Below are positions 58,928-64,000 of a stretch of DNA of 64,000 nucleotides, piece after piece. This stretch comes from Escherichia coli. Its GTDB lineage: Bacteria > Pseudomonadota > Gammaproteobacteria > Enterobacterales > Enterobacteriaceae. The position numbers and the translations under genes were made by a program. Numbering within the stretch: position 1 is the first letter of the stretch; each line of letters starts with the position of its first letter. The stretch lies in NCBI RefSeq assembly GCF_050920415.1, contig NZ_CP169309.1; one strand, given 5' to 3'. The notes beneath the pieces were generated by a model. It made no database searches. It saw nothing but the letters and a program-made list of their open reading frames with translations, and was not told the DNA's origin.

Positions 58928-61192
58928 CTACCCGTTATCCACTGGCACGCCAAACCACTGATGATACCAACGAGGTAAAATTTGCTCCCTGAGGCTGCTA
59001 ATCCGCCAGCCTTGCGCTGAAAAATCGACCGTTACTTGCCCCTGATGAGGAGTATCAAGCCACGTATAACCCTGTTGTTGATAGCGATGCTTAACTTTGT
59101 TAGAGGGCAGTCGCCATGCGTTATAGCGCGATGCCGATGCGAGTGCCACTTTTCCATTCACTCGCTGAATTAATGGCAACGATGATGAGGTATTACTGCC
59201 ATGGTGAGGTACCTGAAGTAATGTTGCCTGCATTTGCTGCCAGTAACGGCTTAGCATCTTTTGTTCAGCGGGGGCTTCAATATCACCGGTTAGAAGAATG
59301 CTATTCGTCCCGTCATCAATCTTAACCACACAGGAATGGTTATTTCCTTTATCGTTGCTACCTTGTAAAGGCCAGTGCGCGCTGAAACGCAATCCTTGCC
59401 ATTGCCACGCTTCGCCACGCACACAGGGCTGATGATGTTCCCAGCTTAAAGGGCTTCTGACCCATAACGTCGGCCAGGCTCGTAATATCGAGTCCAGCCC
59501 TCCCCGATGATCCAGATGTTCATGACTCAAAATGACGCCTTCTGGTTCAAGATTATGCCAGCGTAGCCAGGGGATAATCAGTTGTTGCCCACTATCCCCC
59601 TCCGGCCAGGCCAGTCCGGTGTCATAGAGAATCGCTTTACCGTTTCGCGCAATGACCATTGCCAGCCCTTGCCCGACATCAAGCATGTACACCTGCCACG
59701 CGTCAGGCCGAGGTTTTTGCCACAGCGGCCAGCACATCAGCAAGCCTCCAGCCACACACATTGCCGGCAACGCTCGCCAGGCGTTTAATCGCCATACCAC
59801 CAGTAAGAACCATGGGGAAAATGTTAGCCATTGCCAACGTTCAGCAATGTTGATCCACCCTTCCGGCAAACTCTTTAACCCCCAGAAAAGTAAAGCCAAA
59901 GACCGGTCGGCAAGAAACCATACTCCTTGTTCTACGATTAACGGCCCGCTTAAATGCATAACCATCGCTGCGAGGATCAACGGAACCGTGATAAATGTCA
60001 CCAGGGGAATTGCAAATAGGTTTGCAATAAACGAGGTCAGACTAATGCCATGAAATATGACGATTTGCACGGGCATAAGCAGGAGGGTGATTCCCAGTTG
60101 CAGATGGATGAGGGAAACAACCGCGCGCAATACCGGCGGCAGCTGCCACTCCGGACAGGGAAACCACTGATACCAAAAAATCAGTGCCGCGACCGCAGCG
60201 GCAGAGAGCCATAAACTTTGCGAGAGAATGGCAACAGGATCCATCAGCAAAATTGCCGCCAGACAACATATCCATACATCCCAGCCACTCCATTGTCGTC
60301 CACTTAACTTAAGCATTCCCCAAATGGCAAGCGCCACCACGGTACGCAATGCAGGAGGTTGCATTCCCGTTAGCCAGGCGTAAAAAGCAGCACAGCAGAT
60401 TCCACCAATTAATGGCATTTGCCAGTGGATCCAGCACCCAGGCAGAAAAACTTGCCCACCGCGAATGAGTCCTGCAGCCAGCAACGCCGCAAAAGCGATG
60501 TGCAATCCTGATATCGCCATTAAATGCGCCGTTCCAGTATCACGCATGATATTTTTGATTTCTTTGGGGACGGATAACCGTTCCCCCATACCTAATCCAA
60601 GAATAACCGCGTTCCACATATAGGGTTGCAGCGTTGTTTGTAGTGACGCCAGATACTGTGCACGCAGGCTACAATTCGGTTCAATGACACTTGCCTGCAG
60701 AAAACGCCCGGTGAGCGGTTGATGCTGGGCAATGGCATAACGCTGGCTATCAAAGCCGCCATCATTAAGTTGGCCATGAACTGCACGAACTTTGAGTTTC
60801 ATTGACCATACTTGTCCGGCACAAACCGCTTGCGGAAGATATTCGCCATACAGTACGAGGCCTGGCGCAGGGAATATACGTCGACCTTGTAGATGAGTAA
60901 TTTGACCGTAATGAGTGGTCATGCCGTCAGTAGCAATGATCTCAACAATTGCATCCTGCGTCGAGCCAGTTAAGGTTTCTCCTGCCCACAAAATTTGCTT
61001 TGCCGCTGATATGCCCCAAAGAAAAAACAGCAACGTCAGCGCGATATAACGGACGGCTTTAACACGAATAAATGCCAGTACGCAGGCGAAGATAGTCAGA
61101 AGCACAAGGGTTACTGTCCCTGGCAATTGGGGCAAAATCAGCAACGGAAAAATTCCGCAAATTATGCATACTCCGACTGTCGTTATTTTCAT
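58928..61192 (-). CDS. ycaI: ComEC/Rec2-like inner membrane protein YcaI
   Basis: 754 aa from MKITTVGVCIICGIF...; polytopic N-terminal region and C-terminal metallo-beta-lactamase motif SHEHLDHRGG. Confidence 0.9.
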   Translation of the reverse strand: MKITTVGVCIICGIFPLLILPQLPGTVTLVLLTIFACVLAFIRVKAVRYIALTLLFFLWGISAAKQILWAGETLTGSTQDAIVEIIATDGMTTHYGQITHLQGRRIFPAPGLVLYGEYLPQAVCAGQVWSMKLKVRAVHGQLNDGGFDSQRYAIAQHQPLTGRFLQASVIEPNCSLRAQYLASLQTTLQPYMWNAVILGLGMGERLSVPKEIKNIMRDTGTAHLMAISGLHIAFAALLAAGLIRGGQVFLPGCWIHWQMPLIGGICCAAFYAWLTGMQPPALRTVVALAIWGMLKLSGRQWSGWDVWICCLAAILLMDPVAILSQSLWLSAAAVAALIFWYQWFPCPEWQLPPVLRAVVSLIHLQLGITLLLMPVQIVIFHGISLTSFIANLFAIPLVTFITVPLILAAMVMHLSGPLIVEQGVWFLADRSLALLFWGLKSLPEGWINIAERWQWLTFSPWFLLVVWRLNAWRALPAMCVAGGLLMCWPLWQKPRPDAWQVYMLDVGQGLAMVIARNGKAILYDTGLAWPEGDSGQQLIIPWLRWHNLEPEGVILSHEHLDHRGGLDSILRAWPTLWVRSPLSWEHHQPCVRGEAWQWQGLRFSAHWPLQGSNDKGNNHSCVVKIDDGTNSILLTGDIEAPAEQKMLSRYWQQMQATLLQVPHHGSNTSSSLPLIQRVNGKVALASASRYNAWRLPSNKVKHRYQQQGYTWLDTPHQGQVTVDFSAQGWRISSLREQILPRWYHQWFGVPVDNG

Positions 61193-61345
61193 GCACCCTC
61201 CCTGTTTATAGAAAGTGTGCAACTTTGTTGAATGGTTGTCTGGTGGAAGTTTTGCGTTCCCCGAGGCACGTTCAGAAGAATTTAACGACAGGGTGAAAAC
61301 TGCTCAAAACTCTGCGAGGCAGCTTCCAGTTCCAGATTAGAGAAA

Positions 61346-61370
61346 TGAAAAAAGCACCCGACAGGTGCTT
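61346..61370 (-). terminator. rho-independent terminator of ihfB
   Basis: stem agcacccgacaggtgct with a U-run on the minus strand (A7 at 61346-61352 on plus). Confidence 0.75.
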
Positions 61371-61397
61371 TTCTCGCGTTCAAGTTTGAGTAAAAAC

Positions 61398-61682
61398 TTA
61401 ACCGTAAATATTGGCGCGATCGCGCAGTTCTTTACCTGGTTTAAAGTGAGGAACGTATTTTCCTTCCAGTTCTACTTTATCGCCAGTCTTCGGATTACGT
61501 CCGGTACGTGGTGCGCGGTAGTGCAAAGAGAAACTGCCGAAACCGCGGATTTCAATACGCTCGCCCTGCGCAAGAGTCGAGGCCATATGCTCCAGCATCT
61601 CTTTTACTGCATCTTCAACCGTCTTGGCGGGAATGTGCGATTGCTGGGTGGCAAGTCTTTCTATCAATTCTGACTTGGTCAT
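61398..61682 (-). CDS. ihfB: integration host factor beta subunit
   Basis: 94 aa [35 protein letters not shown]... Confidence 0.95.
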
Positions 61683-61736
61683 GATTCCTCCGGTTCCTTA
61701 AAGGCAAATTTAGCGGCTGCTGTTGCTGCATTGATT

Positions 61737-61758
61737 AAGGGCGGCCGTAGCCGCCCTT
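61737..61758 (-). terminator. hairpin between rpsA and ihfB (partial terminator or attenuator)
   Basis: GC-rich inverted repeat aagggcggccgtagccgccctt 84 bp after the rpsA stop; weak U-tract. Confidence 0.45.
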
Positions 61759-61841
61759 AGTGCTTGATTACAGGACGAAACCTGCAATCTGTCAAGTAAA
61801 CTCAACAAACTTCGGAATAAAAATCCCGAAGAGTCAGAGAA

Positions 61842-63515
61842 TTACTCGCCTTTAGCTGCTTTGAAAGCTTCAGCCATTGCGTTGTTGGAGAAGTTTGCAT
61901 CTTCCTGTTTGTTAACAGTTGCGATTGCATCTTTCTCGTCAGCTTCGTCTTTCGCACGAACAGACAGGCTGATTGCGCGGTTTTTACGATCAACGCCGGT
62001 GAATTTAGCTTCAACTTCGTCGCCAACGCTCAGAACCAGGGTAGCGTCTTCAACGCGGTCACGGGATGCTTCAGAAGCACGCAGGTAACCTTCTACGCCG
62101 TCAGCCAGTTCTACGGTTGCGCCTTTAGCGTCAACTGCAGTTACTTTACCGGTTACGATAGCGCCTTTCTTGTTCAGAGCAACCCAGTTGTTGAACGGAT
62201 CTTCTGCGAGCTGTTTAACGCCCAGGGAGATACGTTCACGTTCTGCGTCAACCTGCAGAACAACTGCAGCGATTTCGTCGCCTTTTTTGTATTCACGAAC
62301 TGCTTCTTCGCCTGCAACGTTCCAGGAGATGTCAGACAGGTGAACCAGGCCGTCGATGCCGCCGTCCAGGCCGATGAAGATACCGAAGTCAGTGATAGAC
62401 TTGATTTTACCTTCAACACGGTCACCCTTGTTGTGGGTTTCCGCGAACTGCTGCCACGGGTTAGCTTTGCACTGTTTCAGACCCAGGGAGATACGACGAC
62501 GTTCTTCGTCGATATCCAGAACCATAACTTCCACTACATCGCCAACGTTAACAACTTTGGACGGGTGGATGTTTTTGTTGGTCCAATCCATTTCGGAAAC
62601 GTGTACCAGGCCTTCAACGCCTTCTTCGATTTCAACGAAGCAGCCGTAGTCGGTCAGGTTGGTCACGCGACCAGTCAGTTTGGTACCTTCCGGATAACGT
62701 TTAGCGATAGCTACCCACGGATCTTCGCCCAGCTGTTTCAGGCCCAGGGATACACGGGTACGTTCGCGGTCGAACTTCAGCACTTTAACAGTGATTTCGT
62801 CGCCCACGTTGACGATTTCGCTCGGATGCTTAACACGTTTCCAGGCCATATCAGTGATGTGCAGCAGGCCGTCAACGCCGCCCAGATCAACGAATGCACC
62901 GTAGTCAGTGAGGTTCTTAACGATACCTTTAACTTCCATGCCTTCCTGCAGGTTTTCCAGCAGCTGATCGCGCTCTGCGCTGTTTTCGGATTCGATAACG
63001 GCACGACGAGAAACAACAACGTTGTTGCGCTTCTGATCCAGCTTGATTACTTTGAATTCAAGCTCTTTGCCTTCCAGGTGCAGAGTGTCACGCACCGGAC
63101 GAACGTCTACCAGAGAACCTGGCAGGAACGCACGAATACCGTTCAGCTCAACAGTGAAGCCGCCCTTAACTTTGCCGTTGATAACACCGGTAACAGTTTC
63201 AGCATCTTCGTAAGCTTTTTCCAGCGTGATCCAGGCTTCGTGACGTTTAGCTTTCTCACGGGACAGCAGAGTTTCACCGAAGCCGTCTTCTACTGCGTCC
63301 AGAGCAACGTCAACTTCGTCACCTACCTGGATTTCCAGCTCGCCCTGGGCGTTTTTGAACTGCTCAGCCGGGATGGCGGACTCAGATTTCAGACCAGCGT
63401 CAACCAGTACTACGTCTTTGTCGATAGCAACAACAACGCCACGAACGATAGAACCCGGGCGGGTTTCGATTTCTTTTAAGGACTCTTCAAAGAGTTGAGC
63501 AAAAGATTCAGTCAT
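61842..63515 (-). CDS. rpsA: 30S ribosomal protein S1
   Basis: 557 aa [34 protein letters not shown]...; repeated S1 domains. Confidence 0.95.
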
Positions 63516-63625
63516 GTTTAATCTTCAGGTTTATATTTAACGTCCACCTGGCTCCATGCCGGATGGGGTTGTTTAACATACCCGCTGTCATTCCATTGCA
63601 ACGGGGGTACTGCAAATTCGGTCGC

Positions 63626-64000
63626 TTATGCGAGAGCCAATTTCTGGCGCGCGTATTGTAGCGCTTTTTCAATCACTTGCTCAATGCTTAAGGTGGTGGA
63701 ATCCAACACTAAAGCATCGGCTGCCGGAACCAGTGGCGCTACCGCTCGGTTACGATCGCGGTCGTCGCGTTCTTTGATCTCGGCCAAAAGGCGCTCAAAG
63801 TTAACACTAAAGCCCTTCTCCTGCAACTGTAGCATGCGGCGATGCGCACGTTCTTCCGAGGAGGCGTCAAGGAAAATTTTCACTGGCGCATCAGGGAATA
63901 CCACCGTTCCCATATCGCGGCCATCGGCAATCAAGCCTGGTAATTCGCGAAACGCGCGTTGGCGACGCAATAATGCTTCACGAACGCGTGGGAATGCCGC
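63626..64000 (-). CDS. cmk: cytidylate kinase, C-terminal part (5' end beyond window end)
   Basis: frame ends ...[19 protein letters not shown] at 63626 and is open to the window edge. Confidence 0.8.

Noticed and set aside
62340-63479. 379-aa plus-strand ORF
   Set aside because: Antisense to rpsA (ribosomal protein S1), a certain call; no start context and low-complexity composition typical of a shadow ORF.

Overview
The window reads as one contiguous ~64 kb stretch of Escherichia coli core chromosome with K-12-like gene content and order, reverse-complemented relative to conventional numbering. I found no convincing evidence of a previously undescribed system. Gene order: helD (5' part), yccF-yccS, sxy, sulA, ompA, matP, ycbZ, fabA, rmf, pqiCBA, uup, rlmL, ycbX, zapC, pyrD, the cryptic elf/ycb chaperone-usher fimbrial locus, ssuEADCB, a REP/BIME cluster, pepN, pncB, asnS, ompF, aspC, gloC, mepK, ldtD, mukBEF-cmoM, elyC, ycbJ, kdsB-ycaR-ycaQ-lpxK-msbA, ycaI, ihfB, rpsA and the 3' part of cmk. 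Assignments rest on reading the six-frame translations and recognising the proteins and motifs from memory; no database search was run. I saw no tRNA, rRNA, CRISPR array, insertion sequence, integrase or prophage. Gene lengths and intergenic spacings look uninterrupted, so nothing suggests an inserted island. The most under-characterised loci are the Lon-like protease ycbZ (no P-loop), the kinase-like ycbJ, the seven-gene elf/ycb fimbrial locus, ycaR/ycaQ inside the lipid A/KDO operon, and three convergent gene pairs whose 3' ends overlap. Note that several starts in the ORF track are TTG/GTG or upstream in-frame extensions; I report the starts I consider real.
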